Assembly (NCBI GenBank): GCA_964016885.1
Contig: OZ024764.1
Span: 11,470,001 to 11,534,000, forward strand
Direction of reading: 5' to 3'
Origin: Eledone cirrhosa
Taxonomy: Eukaryota
DNA length: 64,000 nucleotides
Shown here: positions 41,475-57,332 of the stretch, piece after piece
Numbering within the stretch: the stretch's first letter is position 1
Layout of the letters: each line of letters opens with the position of its first letter
The notes under the pieces: model-generated
What the model was told of the DNA's origin: nothing
The model's input: only the letters and a program-made list of their open reading frames with translations
The model's database searches: none
Position numbers and translations under genes: made by a program

Positions 41475-41520
<46 letters not shown>

Positions 41521-41713
41521 CTTTAGGTTTGTTGGTTCACCACTGGATAGAGCTGGTCATTCCATGTGGTCAATTTCGATGTAATATTATGGAGAGTACT
41601 CAACATAATGCAACTCACCCGTCTTCGTTTGTGTAGTTGTTGGTGCGAGTATGGAGTTAATTATTATAAAATAACAGGAGACTGGACGGGTGTAAATCCG
41701 TGAAAGGTTTATT

Positions 41714-41771
41714 ATACCATGATCACTTCAATGACCGGGTTCAGTTTGAATCCGGTGACATCATCAGGTAT
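41714..41771 (-). ncRNA. Degenerate hammerhead ribozyme in a pLTR-like module (~41520-41820)
   Basis: Reverse complement: atac-CTGATGA-tgtc-accggattca-aac-tgaacccggt-catt-GAAGT-gatc-ATG-gtat-AATAAA; two core deviations. Confidence 0.5.
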
Positions 41772-42077
41772 TCAAAATATTACAAAGGAATATAACAGAT
41801 AAAATCCATATAGTAATAATCAGTATTTGCTGGCCTTGTGCCAAAAGTAGAAACAATTATTTGATAAGCTTCCACTATGTAAATATAAAATATTTACCTA
41901 TATTTTCATAATATTGTGTGCTCCATGTTTTGTTATATGACACCTTGTCAAACATATTATATATATATACACACACACATAGAGAGAAATACATATATTT
42001 GAGTATATGTATGCATGTATATATATGCATACATATGCATTTATATATACACAAACGCACACACATGTGTGTGTATA

Positions 42078-43081
42078 TCATCATCATCATCATCATCATC
42101 AGCGTTTAACGTCCGTGTTCCACGCTTGCATGGGTTTGGACGGGGGTAGTCCCACTTGAGGCAAGAGTGATTGTCTTGCTCGCATAGGACTGTCTGGCAG
42201 GTTTTCTACAGTTGGATGCCCTTCCTAACACCAACCACATTTACAGTGTGGGTCTGGGAGGTTTTTACCGTGTTGCCTACACGGCCACATTACAGCGTGG
42301 ACTGTGTGTTTTTTTGTCGTGACACCTACACGATCTCATTTGTTTCGGCCTCGATGGCGTGGCACCAACATAACTTTACATAGAACGGGGTGGTGTGGAT
42401 CGGGTGGGGGTGGTGGGACGGGGTGTATTTGTTAGAGATGCCTACTGGCTGGAGTAGGTTTTACTATATATTTAGGTAAGGCGGGTCTTCTCTGTTACTG
42501 AGTACCGCCAAAGGTCTCGGTCCAGTGACATTGTCTTGGAGAGGTGTAAGTGTGTGATGTCGGAGTTTATCAGCTCGTCCCAGGTTTTTCTAGGTCTGCC
42601 TATTCCGTGACTACCGTCTATCTTTATTGCCCTGCACTTTGTTATACAGCTATCGACTTTCATGCGCATCACGTGTCCATACCAACGTAGCCTTCTCTCG
42701 AGTAAACAACATCTGATCCCTCTTATCTCTAATTTATTCCTTAGTTCGTTTATGCTTTGCCGTTCACGTATATTACTGTTACACATCCAGCGGAGCATGC
42801 AAGCTTCGTTCCTCTCTAGTCTGCGTATATCCTCTGCACACAATGCCCAGGTCTCACTGCCATGCAGCATTGCTGTTCGTATGCAGGCATCGTACAACCT
42901 GCCTTTCATTTTTAGTGAGAACCCTTTAGCAGCTAATAGTGGTATAAGCTCTCTGAACTTTTTCCAACCAGTTCTGACTCTAGCTACAGTACTTTCAGAG
43001 CACCCTCCCCCACTGCTGATTTTATCGCCCAGGTAACGGAAGCTGTCCACTATTTCTATAGAACCCTCTGCGCAATTGCAA
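42078..43081 (-). mobile_element. 5'-truncated RTE LINE: ~200 uninterrupted codons of ORF C-terminus, 3' UTR and (GAT)n tail
   Basis: VDSFRYLGD...MLHGSETW...RRLRWYGHVMRM...GRPRKTW; stop at 42472; the 5' end runs into (TA)n. Confidence 0.96.
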
Positions 43082-43119
<38 letters not shown>

Positions 43120-43382
43120 TATGTACATATACACATATATATATATACATACATATATATGCATATATATATATACATATATATGTACATATACACATAT
43201 ATATACATACATATATATGTATATATATACATATACATATATATAAATGTATATATATATGTATGCATATATATATATAAATACACATACATTTATATAT
43301 ACACAAACACACACGTGTGTGTGTGTATATATATATGTATATATAGTAATAATAATAAATGTATATACATATACATACATAC

Positions 43383-43443
<61 letters not shown>

Positions 43444-43494
43444 GTATATATACATGTATATATATATATGTATATACATGTATATATCTATATA

Positions 43495-43525
<31 letters not shown>

Positions 43526-43578
43526 GTGTATATATATATATGTATGTGTGTATATATATATATATATATGTATGTGTG

Positions 43579-43609
<31 letters not shown>

Positions 43610-43662
43610 ATCAATATATATATGTATGTATATATATCAATGTATATATGTATCTATGTATG

Positions 43663-43727
<65 letters not shown>

Positions 43728-44105
43728 GCACATGCCCTCATATTTCTGTATTATTTTCTATAATAACCAGGCCAATATCTGCCATCATGGTTACTGTCTG
43801 TAAAATGACGATGATGATGATGATGATACTTCTGTCCACCGTCCACACCCCCCTATCTCTCTCTCACACACACATACACACACACACAAGCTTATATACA
43901 CACACACACACATTAAAATGCTTCAAAGTCGCCATCAAGTACTGTGAAGCCATACCTGTACATACACACACACACACACATAGACCCCAGCATACACACA
44001 CACATACACCACACTGACTTGAACACACACTTGTGCACACTGGTGCACATACACTGACATACACACAGAATGAAATGTAGTGCAACACACATGCTCATTC
44101 ATACA

Positions 44106-44158
<53 letters not shown>

Positions 44159-44223
44159 ACATCTACACACATACATACACACATGCATACAGGCCAAGAC
44201 GCATCCACATAGACATACACAGC

Positions 44224-44263
<40 letters not shown>

Positions 44264-44291
44264 GTGTATATACACATGCATGCACGGAGTT

Positions 44292-44326
<35 letters not shown>

Positions 44327-44457
44327 AATATATAAATATATACATACATACAGACTTGTATACACACAAAACCACACACAACCAAACACCTTCATCTACT
44401 GCATACGCACACACAGACACATACATATACATATATATATATACAGACATACATGCG

Positions 44458-44495
<38 letters not shown>

Positions 44496-44599
44496 CAGAC
44501 ATGCATACGCATACATGCGCGCACACATACATATATATATATACATACAGGCATGCATACACACAAAACCATACATGCCCAAACACCCTCTTTTTTATA

Positions 44600-44623
44600 T
44601 ACATATATTTACACTAACACATT

Positions 44624-44663
<40 letters not shown>

Positions 44664-44793
44664 CACACAGCCATGCAAACACACGCTCACATTCACACAC
44701 ACACGCACACATACACACACACACACGCACACTCACATGCGGACATCCACACAGATATAGTGTGTAATATACATATATGTACACTAACACATT

Positions 44794-44827
<34 letters not shown>

Positions 44828-45328
44828 CACAGCCATGCATACACACACTCACATTCACACGCACACACACACACACACATACACGCGCGCGCGCACACTC
44901 ACATGCGGACATACACACAGATATAGTGTGTAATATACATAAATGTACACTAACACATTCACACACACACACATATATATATATATACACAGCCATGCAT
45001 ACACACACTCACATTCACACGCACACACGCACACACACACACACACATACACGCGCGCGCGCACACTCACATGCGGACATACACACAGATATAGTGTGTA
45101 ATATACATAAATGTACGCTAACACATTCACACACACACACATATATATATATATATACACAGCCATGCATACACACGCTCACACGCACACACACACACAC
45201 ACACACGCGCACACTCACATGCGGACATACACACAGATATAGTGTGTAATGTACATATATGTACACTAACACATTCACACACACACACACATATATATAT
45301 ATATACACAGCCATGCATACACACGCTC

Positions 45329-45359
<31 letters not shown>

Positions 45360-45382
45360 TGCGGACATACACACAGACATAG
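44600..45382. repeat. ~160-180-bp tandem repeat of microsatellite-laced units (~5 copies)
   Basis: Anchors cacatgcggacatacacacagatatagtgtgtaat and cacagccatgca recur. Confidence 0.85.
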
Positions 45383-45839
45383 CGTGAAGTGTAGTAGAAA
45401 TTTAGCCTAAACAAGTAAGCATGAAGCCATAGAAGCAAAATCAGAAGAGGAGAAATTTTAGAACTTTCCAGAAGGACCTTTTCAAGTGGAATCTCTAAAT
45501 GACATACCACCACCATCAGATTATTTGAGGAGTTTAGCAGTTCTTGTGTTGTTTGGTGTGAAACTTACTGAAGAGGTTTCTGATGGAAGCCAGAAGACCT
45601 TACAAGATATAAACACATGTCTTTAAGAGAAGTAATTCTAAGATTTCGTCACCAAACAGTGGTCTGTTTTGAGAACATCTCTGCCGTTCTGAAAAAGGTT
45701 TTGTTTAAAGTTTGTATTTTTATAACAGCCTGACCAAGATCAACTGTTATTTTCATATGGAATAAAACCACCTGTTTAAAATCTTCCATCATAATTTGAT
45801 GTATGAATTTCTTGTTAATTTATGCTACAAAAGTTATTA

Positions 45840-46720
45840 TCTTCATCATCATCATCACTGTTTTACGTCAATTGTTACACGCTAGCATGGGTTAGACGGG
45901 TTGTCCTGTTGTAGGCAGTGTCCGGTCGGCTGACCTTGTCTTGTTCATATGGGAACTGATTCTGGCTTGATTACTACAGCTGGATGCCCTTCCTAACACC
46001 AACCTCATTTAAAGTGAATGCTGGGTGCTTTTTTTTGCCGTGGCGCCTCCACGACCACTTTACAGTGTGGGCTGGGTGCTTTTTTGTTGTGGCACCTCCA
46101 CGACCACTTTACAGTGTGGGCTGGGTGCTTTTTTGTTGTGACACCTACACGACCACTTTACAGTGTGGGCTGGGTGCTTTTTTGTTGTGACACCTACATG
46201 ACCACTTTACAGTGTGCGCTGGGTGCTTTTTTGTTGTGACACCTACACGACCACTTTACAGTGTGGACTGGGTGCTTTTTTGTTGTGATACCTACACGAC
46301 CACTTTACAGTGTGGACTGGGTGTTTTTTTGTCGTGGCACCTCCACGTCCACTTTGCAGTGAGTGCTGGGTGCTTTTTTGCCGTGGCACTTACGCCTCCA
46401 CTTTACAGTGTGGACTGGGTGCTTTTTTGTTGTGACACCCCCACGTCCACTTTACAGTGTGGGCTGGGTGCTTTTTTGTTGTGATACCTACACGACCACT
46501 TTACAGTGTGGACTGGGTGCTTTTTTGTCATGGCACCTCCACGTCCACTTTGCAGTGAGTGCTGGGTGCTTTTTTGCCGTGGCACCTATGCCTCCACTCT
46601 ACAGTGTGGACTGGGTGCTTTTTTATTGTGACACCCCCACGTCCACTTTACAGTGTGTACTGGGTGCTTTTTTGCCGAGACACCTCCATGACCACTTTAC
46701 AGTGGGAGGGGGTGGGGGGC
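45840..46720 (-). mobile_element. 5'-truncated RTE-tailed element with 49-bp VNTR (~14 units)
   Basis: Matches the reverse complement of 60130-60450; ctgggtg at 46072, 46121, 46170... Confidence 0.88.
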
Positions 46721-46956
46721 ATATTGTCTATATGCTTCAGCTAATAATTTAATGAAATAGTTATGGTCTGTTTTGAGAAAATCTCTGCTATTCTGAAGAT
46801 TGTTTTGTTTGAAGTTTTTTTTATACCAGCTTGACCAAGATCAAGTGTTATTTCCTATGGAATAAAACCACCCGTTTAAAATCTTCCATCATAATTTTAT
46901 GTAAGAACTTCTTGTTAATTTATGCTACAAAAATTCTCTTGAAATAATTAATAATT

Positions 46957-47985
46957 TAATTGTTTCTGCTTTTGGCACAAGGCCAGCAATTACCCCAGTG
47001 TATTACTGGTACTTTATTTTATCAACCCTGTAATAATTGTTTCTACTTTTGGCACAAGGCCAGCAATTACCCCAGTGCATTACTGGTACTTTATTTTATC
47101 AACCCTGTAATAATTGTTTCTACTTTTGGCACAAGGCCAGCAATTACCCCAGTGCATTACTGGTACTTTATTTTATCAACCCTGTAATAATTGTTTCTAC
47201 TTTTGGCACAAGGCCAGCAATTACCCCAGTACATTACTGGTACTTTATTTTATCGACCCCGTAAGGATGAAAGGCAAAGTTTAACCTCGGCGGGATTTGA
47301 ACTCAGACCATAAAGGGCCGTAACTCTTTGTTACGGAGCATGGTGTCAGACCCTCTACCGATACTGCGAACCCACCGCCCTGACAACAACAACAATAGTA
47401 ATAATAATAATAATGATTTCTACTTTAGGCACAAGGCCAGCAATTTTGAGGGAGGGGAAAGTCGATTAAATTGACTCCAGTGTATTACTGGTACTTTATT
47501 TTATTGACCCCGTAAGGATGAAAGGCAAAGTTAACCTCGGCGGGATTTTGAACTCAGATCATAAAGGGCCGTAACTCTATGCTGCAAAGCATGGCGTCCG
47601 ACATAACAATTGTTTCTACTTTTGGCACAAACAAGGCCAGCAATTACCCCAGTGCATTACTGGTACTTTATTTTATCGACCCCGTAAGGATGAAAGGCAA
47701 AGTTAACTTCGGCGGGATTTTGAACTCAGATCATAAAGGGCCGTAACTCTATGCTGCAAAGCATGGCATCCGACATAACAATTGTTTCTACTTTTGGCAC
47801 AAACAAGGCCAGCAATTACCCCAGTGCATTACTGGTACTTTATTTTATCTCATAATTGTTTCTACTTTTGGCACAAGGCCAGCATTTATCCCAGTGTATT
47901 ACTGGTACTTTATTTTATCGACCCCCGTAAGGATGAAAGGCAAAGTCAACCTCGGCGGGGATTTGAACTCACACCGTAAAGGTTC
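46957..47985 (-). mobile_element. Head-to-tail Meta-like SINE stack with 77-bp 3'-end tandem (4 copies) and ~170-bp duplication
   Basis: attgtttctacttttggcacaaggccagcaattacc repeated at 77-bp spacing. Confidence 0.88.
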
Positions 47986-49139
47986 GTACCACCATTAATG
48001 ATAATAATTAAAAGCTGAAGACTTCAGAAGCTAGGAAGACATCTTGAAGTGGAGTTGTTGAATGTCTTCATATCCAGCTGTCTGTTTGATGAATGTTGTA
48101 GTGGGTCTGATGTTGTCTGGTAATGAGATCTGTTGATGGTGTTGAAAGTACAGTCACCGGTCCTTAACCCTTGCCAGCCTTCAGTCAGACCCACTTCTTT
48201 GATATTGAAAGACTCAGGAGATATATAATTAGGTATGTGTGTGTGTAGGGGAGTGTGTGTGTGTGTGTGTAGGGGAGTGTATGTATGTGTGTGTAGGGGA
48301 GTGTGTATGAGTGTATGTGTGTGTGTAGGAGAGTGTATGTGTGTGTGTAGGGGAGTATGTGTGTAGGGGAGTGTGTATGTGTGTGTAGGGGAGTGTGTAT
48401 GTGTGTGTGTAGGGGAGTGTGTATGTGTGTGTCTCTACGTATATGCGAGTGTATGTATATATGTGTGTGTCTCTAGGTATATGTGGGTGTGTGGATGTAT
48501 ATGTGTGTGTGTCTCTAGGTATGTGTGTGTGTGTCTCTAGGTATATGTGGTCGTGTGTATGTCTCTAGGTATATGTGGGTATGTGTATGTATATGTGTGT
48601 GTGTGTCTCTAGGTATATGTGGATGTATGTATGTCTCTAGGTATATGTGGGTGTGTATGTATATGTGTGTGTCTCTAGGTATATGTGTGTGTATGTAGGT
48701 GTGTGTGTGTGTATCAGTGTCTATGTATGTATGTGAGTAGGTATTTACATATGTATGTGTGTGTAGATACGTGTGTGTATGTGTGTAGGGGTTTCATGTA
48801 TGTATGTGGATGTGTGTCTAGTTACATGTGTGTGTATCGGTGTCTAGGTGTGTGTGTAGGGGTTTATGTATGTGTGGATGTGTCTAGGTACGTGTGTGTG
48901 TATGTGTGTGTTGGTGTCTATGTATGTATGTGTGTAGGTGTTTATATATGTATGTATGTGCATATGTGTCATGTGTAGTGGTTGTATATAGTATGTGTGT
49001 TGTGTAGTGTTGTGTATGTGTTGTGTATTGTGTGTTGTGTTGTTTCTGTAGAGTGTGTTTTGGTTGTGTCATGTTGTACAGAGTGTGTTGTATTGTATTG
49101 TGTGGGTTGTGTTGTGTGTGTGTTGTGTAGACTGTGTTG

Positions 49140-51225
49140 TGTTGTGTAGAGTGTGCGTTGTATATATTATTGACAGATGTGTAGATGACATTTGTGTAAT
49201 GTGTGTTGTGTTGTATAGAGTTTATGTTGTATATATTATTGTCAGATGTGTAGACAACATTTGTGTAATGTGTGTTGTGTAATGTGTGTTGTATAGAGTG
49301 TATGCTGTATATATTATTGTCAGATGTGTAGATGACGTTTGTGTAATGTGTGTTGTATAGAGTGTATGCTGTATATATTATTGTCAGATGTGTAGACAAC
49401 ATTTGTGTAATGTGTGTTGTGTAATGTGTGTTGTATAGAGTGTATGCTGTATATATTATTGTCAGATGTGTAGACAACATTTGTGTAATGTGTGTTGTGT
49501 CATGTGTGTTGTGTTGTATAGAGTGTATGCTGTATATATTATTGTCAAATGTGTAGACAACATTTGTGTAATGTGTGTTGTATAGAGTGTATGCTGTATA
49601 TATTGTCAGATGTGTAGACAATATTTGTGTAATGTGTGTTGTGTAATGTGTGTTGTATAGAGTGTATGCTGTATATATTATTGTCAGATGTGTAGACAAC
49701 ATTTGTGTAGAGTGTATGCTGTATATATTATTGTCAGATGTGTAGACAACATTTGTGTAATATGTGTTGTATATTATTGTCAGAGGTGTAGACAATATTT
49801 GTGTAATGTGTATTGTGTAGAGTGTATGCTGTATATATTATTGTCAGATGTGTAGACAACATTTGTGTAATATGTGTTGTATATTATTGTCAGATGTGTA
49901 GACAATATTTGTGTAATGTGTGTTGTATAGAGTGTATGCTGTATATATTATTGTCAGATGTGTAGACAACATTTGTGTAATATGTGTTGTATATTATTGT
50001 CAGATGTGTAGACAATATTTGTGTAATGTGTATTGCGTAATGTGTGTTGTATAGAGTGTATGCTGTATATATTATTGTCAGATGTGTAGACAACATTTGT
50101 GTAATGTGTGTTGTATATTATTGTCAGATGTGGAGACAACATTTGTGTAATGTGTATTGTGTAATGTGTGTTGTATAGAGTGTATGCTGTATATATTATT
50201 GTCAGATGTGTAGACAACATTTGTGTAATATGTGTTGTATATTATTGTCAGATGTGTAGACAATATTTGTGTAATGTGTATTGCGTAATGTGTGTTGTAT
50301 AGAGTGTATGCTGTATATATTATTGTCAGATGTGTAGACAACATTTGTGTAATGTGTGTTGTATATTATTGTCAGATGTGGAGACAACATTTGTGTAATG
50401 TGTATTGTGTAATGTGTGTTGTATAGAGTGTATGCTGTATATATTATTGTCAGATGTGTAGAGAACATTTGTGTAATGTGTGTTGTATATTATTGTCAGA
50501 GGTGTAGACAATATTTGTGTAATGTGTATTGTGTAATGTGTGTTGTATAGAGTGTATGTTGTATATATTATTGTCAGATGTGTAGACAACATTTGTGTAA
50601 TATGTGTTGTATATTATTGTCAGAGGTGTAGACAATATTTGTGTAATGTGTATTGTGTAATATGTGTTGTATAGAGTGTATGCTGTATATATTATTGTCA
50701 GATGTGTAGACAACATTTGTGTAATGTGTGTTGTATATTATTGTCAGATGTGTAGACAATATTTGTGTAATGTGTATTGCGTAATGTGTGTTGTATAGAG
50801 TGTATGCTGTATATATTATTGTCAGATGTGTAGACAACATTTGTGTAATGTGCGTTGTATATTATTGTCAGATGTGGAGACAACATTTGTGTAATGTGTA
50901 TTGTGTAATGTGTGTTGTATAGAGTGTATGCTGTATATATTATTGTCAGATGTGTAGAGAACATTTGTGTAATGTGTGTTGTATATTATTGTCAGAGGTG
51001 TAGACAATATTTGTGTAATGTGTATTGTGTAATGTGTGTTGTATAGAGTGTATGTTGTATATATTATTGTCAGATGTGTAGACAACATTTGTGTAATATG
51101 TGTTGTATATTATTGTCAGAGGTGTAGACAATATTTGTGTAATGTGTATTGTGTAATGTGTGTTGTATAGAGTGTATGCTGTATATATTATTGTCAGATG
51201 TGTAGACAACATTTGTGTAATGTCT
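49140..51225. repeat. Satellite with 124-bp dimeric unit and 248/496-bp higher-order structure
   Basis: Core tattattgtcagatgtgtagacaacatttgtgtaatg; the ORF track repeats at 124 bp, with near-identical translations 496 bp apart. Confidence 0.93.
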
Positions 51226-51545
51226 AACACACAGGACAATGATCACAAATACGTGAGTAGCGACATTAAATTAAAGGTACTTTGGTAGAATAAGGTTTTA
51301 GTTCGGTCTCTCGTTTTCTCACCTCCTACGTTCCGTTTTAAATATTCTAACATTTGCTTTCAAACTGAAAACTAATTAACGCCCTCCGTATGAATACTAA
51401 TGAGCTAATGTTGGCCCCATCTTTTCCCAGTATTCTAAGACCTTACAGTTTCCAAAGACGTCAATCCGTCTCTCCAATGTGACAACTGCATTCTGTGTTT
51501 GGTTGGAATCTTAAAATGCCAATACATCTCCCCCCCCCCCCCCCA

Positions 51546-51583
<38 letters not shown>

Positions 51584-51590
51584 CATATTT

Positions 51591-51636
<46 letters not shown>

Positions 51637-51727
51637 ATATATCTAAATATGTATATACATATATATTTCTCTTTATATATATATGTGTGTGTGTATATGT
51701 ATATGTGTATATATATATATATATATT

Positions 51728-51808
<81 letters not shown>

Positions 51809-51819
51809 ATATATGTATT

Positions 51820-51867
<48 letters not shown>

Positions 51868-51896
51868 CATATATGTATATATATGTATTTCTCTCT

Positions 51897-51940
<44 letters not shown>

Positions 51941-51977
51941 ATATATATATATATTTATTTCTCTATCTCTCTCTATT

Positions 51978-52048
<71 letters not shown>

Positions 52049-52255
52049 TTCCCTCTCTCTTTCTATATATATATATATATATATATATATGAGTGTGTGT
52101 GTATATATATATATTTCATTCTTTCATTCTTTTCTCTCTCTATATATATATATGTATCTAACTATCTCTCACTTTGTATCTATATATCTATCTCACTCTC
52201 TATCTATATATCTGTCTATTTACCTTTCTCTTTCTCTCTCTATCTATCTATCTAT

Positions 52256-52318
<63 letters not shown>

Positions 52319-53104
52319 GCCTCAATGTGTCTTTCTTTCTTTCTCTTATATGCACATACATACAAATATATATGTATATGTATGTGTATATATATATCTA
52401 TCTATGTGTATATATATATATTTATATATGTATATATATGTGTGTGTATATATATTTGTGTCTTTGTATGTATGTATGTATGTATATATATGTGTGTGTG
52501 TGTGTGTGTATATATATGTGTGTATATGTATGTATATGTATATTTGTGTGTGTATATATATTCTCAATCTCTCACTACCTCCCCCCTCCCCTCACTACCT
52601 CCACCATCCCCTCACTACCTCCACCCTCCCCTCAATGACTACCCCCTCCCCCTGTCAATACATCAACAAGGTGGTAATCACCACTCAGGCTTAGAGTGAC
52701 ACACACATACACACAGACACACATGATGCTGACACACACACATACACACACACACACATACACACACACAGACAGACACACATACACATACACATACACA
52801 CACAGACACACACACAGACACACATAGACACACATACACACACACATTGACATATACACACACACACTGACATACACACACACACACACCTGATGCTGAA
52901 ATACACACACATACACTCACACACACACACTGACATATACACACACACTCACACACACACACCTGTAACTGACACTGTAATGCACACATACTGACATAGA
53001 CACACGCAGACACACACACAGACATACACACACAGACACACTCACACACAGCTGACATACACACACAGAGACACACTCATACACTCACACACTTATACAT
53101 GGAG

Positions 53105-53690
53105 AAGTTTTCTACAGCTGGATGTTAGTTTACAGAGTGTACCGGGTGTATATATTGTGTCAACAACACTAGGGAAGTTGTCATGTCTTGGGCACAACTA
53201 AAGATCCTTCTCTACTCAATGTTTGTTAAGTTTCCTACAGCTGGATGTTAATTTACAGAGTGTACCTGGTGCATTCTACACTAGGGAAGTTGTCATGTCT
53301 TGGGCATAACTAAAGATCCCTCTCTACTCATTGTTAAGATTTCTACAGCTGGATGCTGGTTTACAGAGTGTACCTGGTGCATTCTATTGTCAACAACACT
53401 AGGGAAGTTGTCATGTCTTGGACATAACTAAAGATCCCTCTGTACACATTGTTTGTTAAGTTTTCTACTGCTGGATGTTAGTTTACAGAGTGTACCAGGT
53501 GCATATATTGTCAACAACAAGAGGGAAGTTGTCACAACTAAAGATCCATCTCTACACATTAAGTTTCCTACAGCTGGATGGTTTTTACAGAGTGTACTGG
53601 GTGCATATATTATGTCACCAACACTAGGGTGTATATATTGTGACACCAACACTAGGTTGTACATAAATGAGGACCCCTCTGTACTCTTTC
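53105..53690. repeat. Old ~105-123-bp tandem array (~5 copies) related to RTE 3' UTR
   Basis: ttctacagctggatg..tttacagagtgtac recurs at ~53112, 53235, 53343, 53465, 53568. Confidence 0.8.
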
Positions 53691-53717
53691 TTTGGTAAGA
53701 TTTCTTGTTAATATCCA

Positions 53718-54054
53718 CATCATCATCATCATTTTACGTCCGCTTTTCCCTGCTTGCAAGGGTGGAACGGGAACTGATTCTGGCTTGATTTCTACAGCTG
53801 GATGCCCTTCCTAACACCAACCTCATTTACAGTGAGTGCTGGGTGCTTTTTTGCCGTGGCACCTCCACGACCACTTTGCAGTGGAATGATAGGGACCCCA
53901 GTCCCTATCATCTCATTTCTACAGCTGAGTAAACTGGAGCAATGTGAAATAAAGTGTCTTGCTCAAGGGAACAACACATCACCCGGTCTGAGAATTGAAC
54001 TCACAACCTTTCGATTGCAAGGCCAATGCTCTAACCACTAAGCCATGTGCCTCC
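53718..54054 (-). mobile_element. tRNA-derived SINE with RTE-derived tail
   Basis: Reverse complement of the 59959 family; (CAT)n at the left. Confidence 0.9.
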
Positions 54055-54692
54055 ATATCATTGTCGAAATATCTTGCGGGGTTGCAGTTAGGGTTAGGGC
54101 GAAATAAAAAAAAAAAACGGTTTAGAAAAAGGGCATGTCAGAGTGGGGAGGGGTAAAGAGATAAGAAAAGAAACCCATCAGTTTCTATGAATACGAAATA
54201 TGGAATGAGGGGGGGGGGGGATACCATAATTTAGGGGATTTGTTACTGGAGGTCTTGGGAATTGGTGATTTTGGGTTCAGAAGTGAATAGAGATATATAT
54301 TTGGGTTTTTATGGATGTGCGTGTGTATGTATGCGTGTGGTCATAGCATGTCTACATGTATATATACACACAAACACACATTCTCATCCACCCATACTGA
54401 CAACAAAATGCGTGTATGTATGCATGCATATATATATATATATGTATTTGTGTGTGTGGGTATCTATTTGAGTGTGTATATATATATATAAGTATATGTA
54501 TATATCTGTATGCATGTGTATGTATATATAGATGTGAATAAATATGTATATATATATATATATATATACACATATAGACGCAAACATGTATATATGTGTA
54601 TATATACATGTATATATGGTCTAGCCTTTGCCAGCAGCAAGAGTGGACATCAAATGATAGTGATATATACATATATATATATACATATATAC

Positions 54693-54796
<104 letters not shown>

Positions 54797-55088
54797 TTTA
54801 TATATAAATACACATATATATATATATGTATATGTATATATATTTATATATAAATACACATATATATATATGTATATATATTTATATATAAATACACATA
54901 TATATATATGTATATGTATATATATTTAAATACACATATATATATATGTATATGGATATATATATTTATATATAAATACACATATATATATGTATATATA
55001 CATACATATATATACACATATGTATGTATATATATATACATATATATATATATAATATATATATACACATACATGTATATATATATAC

Positions 55089-55123
<35 letters not shown>

Positions 55124-55724
55124 CATATATATATGTGTTTTTATAAAGAAATGTCATTTGTTGCTTCGTCATAAATTTGCATGTTTGCATATCATTGCAC
55201 AGTGCACATTACTGCACATAACAGTGTAACATAACTGCATATGTCTGCTGTACATAGCTATACATGTGCATATGTGCAGTTGCGCATATTTTTATTACCA
55301 TATGCAGCTTCTATAGTGTTTACCATGAAAAACACATTTTTTATAAACATGTATTGATGTTGTTGTTGTTGTGGTTGTTGTTGTTCTTTTGTGGGCAGAT
55401 TTATCTGTTTGTGTGTGTGGGGTGTTTAGTATGTGTGTGTGTGTGGGGGGAGGTGATGTGTGTGTGAGGGCGTTTGGTGTGTGTGTGAAGGTGTTTGGTG
55501 TGTGTGTGGGGGCTTGTGTGTTTGTGTGTGTGTTTGTGTATGTGTGTGTCAGGGTGTTTGGTGTGTGTGTGTGTGTGGGGGGGGGGGGGGGAGTTTGTGT
55601 GCGCGTGTGTGAAAGGTTGTGTGTGTGTGACTTTTCATGTTTATGTATAGATATGAATATATAGATACATGCATTGTATATGTTTAGTTGTATGTGTGTG
55701 TATATATATAAATGTATATGTGTT

Positions 55725-55757
<33 letters not shown>

Positions 55758-55826
55758 ATATATATAAATGTATATGTGTTTATATCTATCTATCTATATA
55801 TATATATATGTGTATATATATAAATG

Positions 55827-55916
<90 letters not shown>

Positions 55917-56054
55917 CATATATATATATATGTATGTATGTATATATATACATATATATATATATATATGTATGTATGTATATATATACATATATATATA
56001 TATATATGTATGTATGTATATATATACATATATATATATATATATGTATGTATG

Positions 56055-56101
<47 letters not shown>

Positions 56102-56124
56102 ATATATGTATATATACATATATA

Positions 56125-56157
<33 letters not shown>

Positions 56158-56186
56158 CTACATATATATATATGTAGATATATATA

Positions 56187-56285
<99 letters not shown>

Positions 56286-56294
56286 GTGTGTGTG

Positions 56295-56331
<37 letters not shown>

Positions 56332-56719
56332 TGTGGTGTATTGTTGTAGATGGATGGTTTGAGTTACAACTAAACGTGTTTAATGGCGCATGTTACAATG
56401 TGTAGAGACCATATATATATATATATATATATGTATACACACACATATACATGCATATATAATATATATACATACACACAGCTATATGTATATATTTTTC
56501 AATACATCACTGGTCACTATCTGACAAAGTAACAACCACCATTTCCCCTGCCCCTCTTACAAGCCCTCTAATAACTCACCTCCTATATATGTGTGTGTAT
56601 ATATATATATGTATGTGTATGTATATATATATATATATATGTATGTATATATATATATATATATATATGTGTGTATGTGTATATATGTATATATATATAT
56701 ATGTATATATATGTGTGTG

Positions 56720-56766
<47 letters not shown>

Positions 56767-56819
56767 ATGTGTATATATATATATGTGTGTGTATGTGTAG
56801 ATATATATATATATATGTG

Positions 56820-56856
<37 letters not shown>

Positions 56857-56919
56857 ATGTGTATGTGTATGTATATATATATATATGTATTTGTATATAT
56901 ATGTATGTGTATATATATT

Positions 56920-56982
<63 letters not shown>

Positions 56983-57036
56983 CACTGTATATTGGTGTAC
57001 ATATATGTATATATACAGATATAAATATATATACAC

Positions 57037-57097
<61 letters not shown>

Positions 57098-57154
57098 TCA
57101 TCATCATTTTACGTCTGCTTTTTCCTGCTTGCAATATATATAAATATATATACA

Positions 57155-57198
<44 letters not shown>

Positions 57199-57293
57199 TA
57201 TATATTGGTATCTATATCTATATATAAATACATCTATGGACTTACGTTCTTATATATATACATATATATATAGATATAAATATATATGCACCA

Positions 57294-57332
<39 letters not shown>

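Noticed and set aside
42472-43614. 380-aa ORF as an intact gene
   Set aside because: The N-terminal half is (TA)n read-through; only the truncated RTE C-terminus is real.
54087-54099. Telomeric TTAGGG repeats
   Set aside because: There are only two units, too short to call an interstitial telomere.
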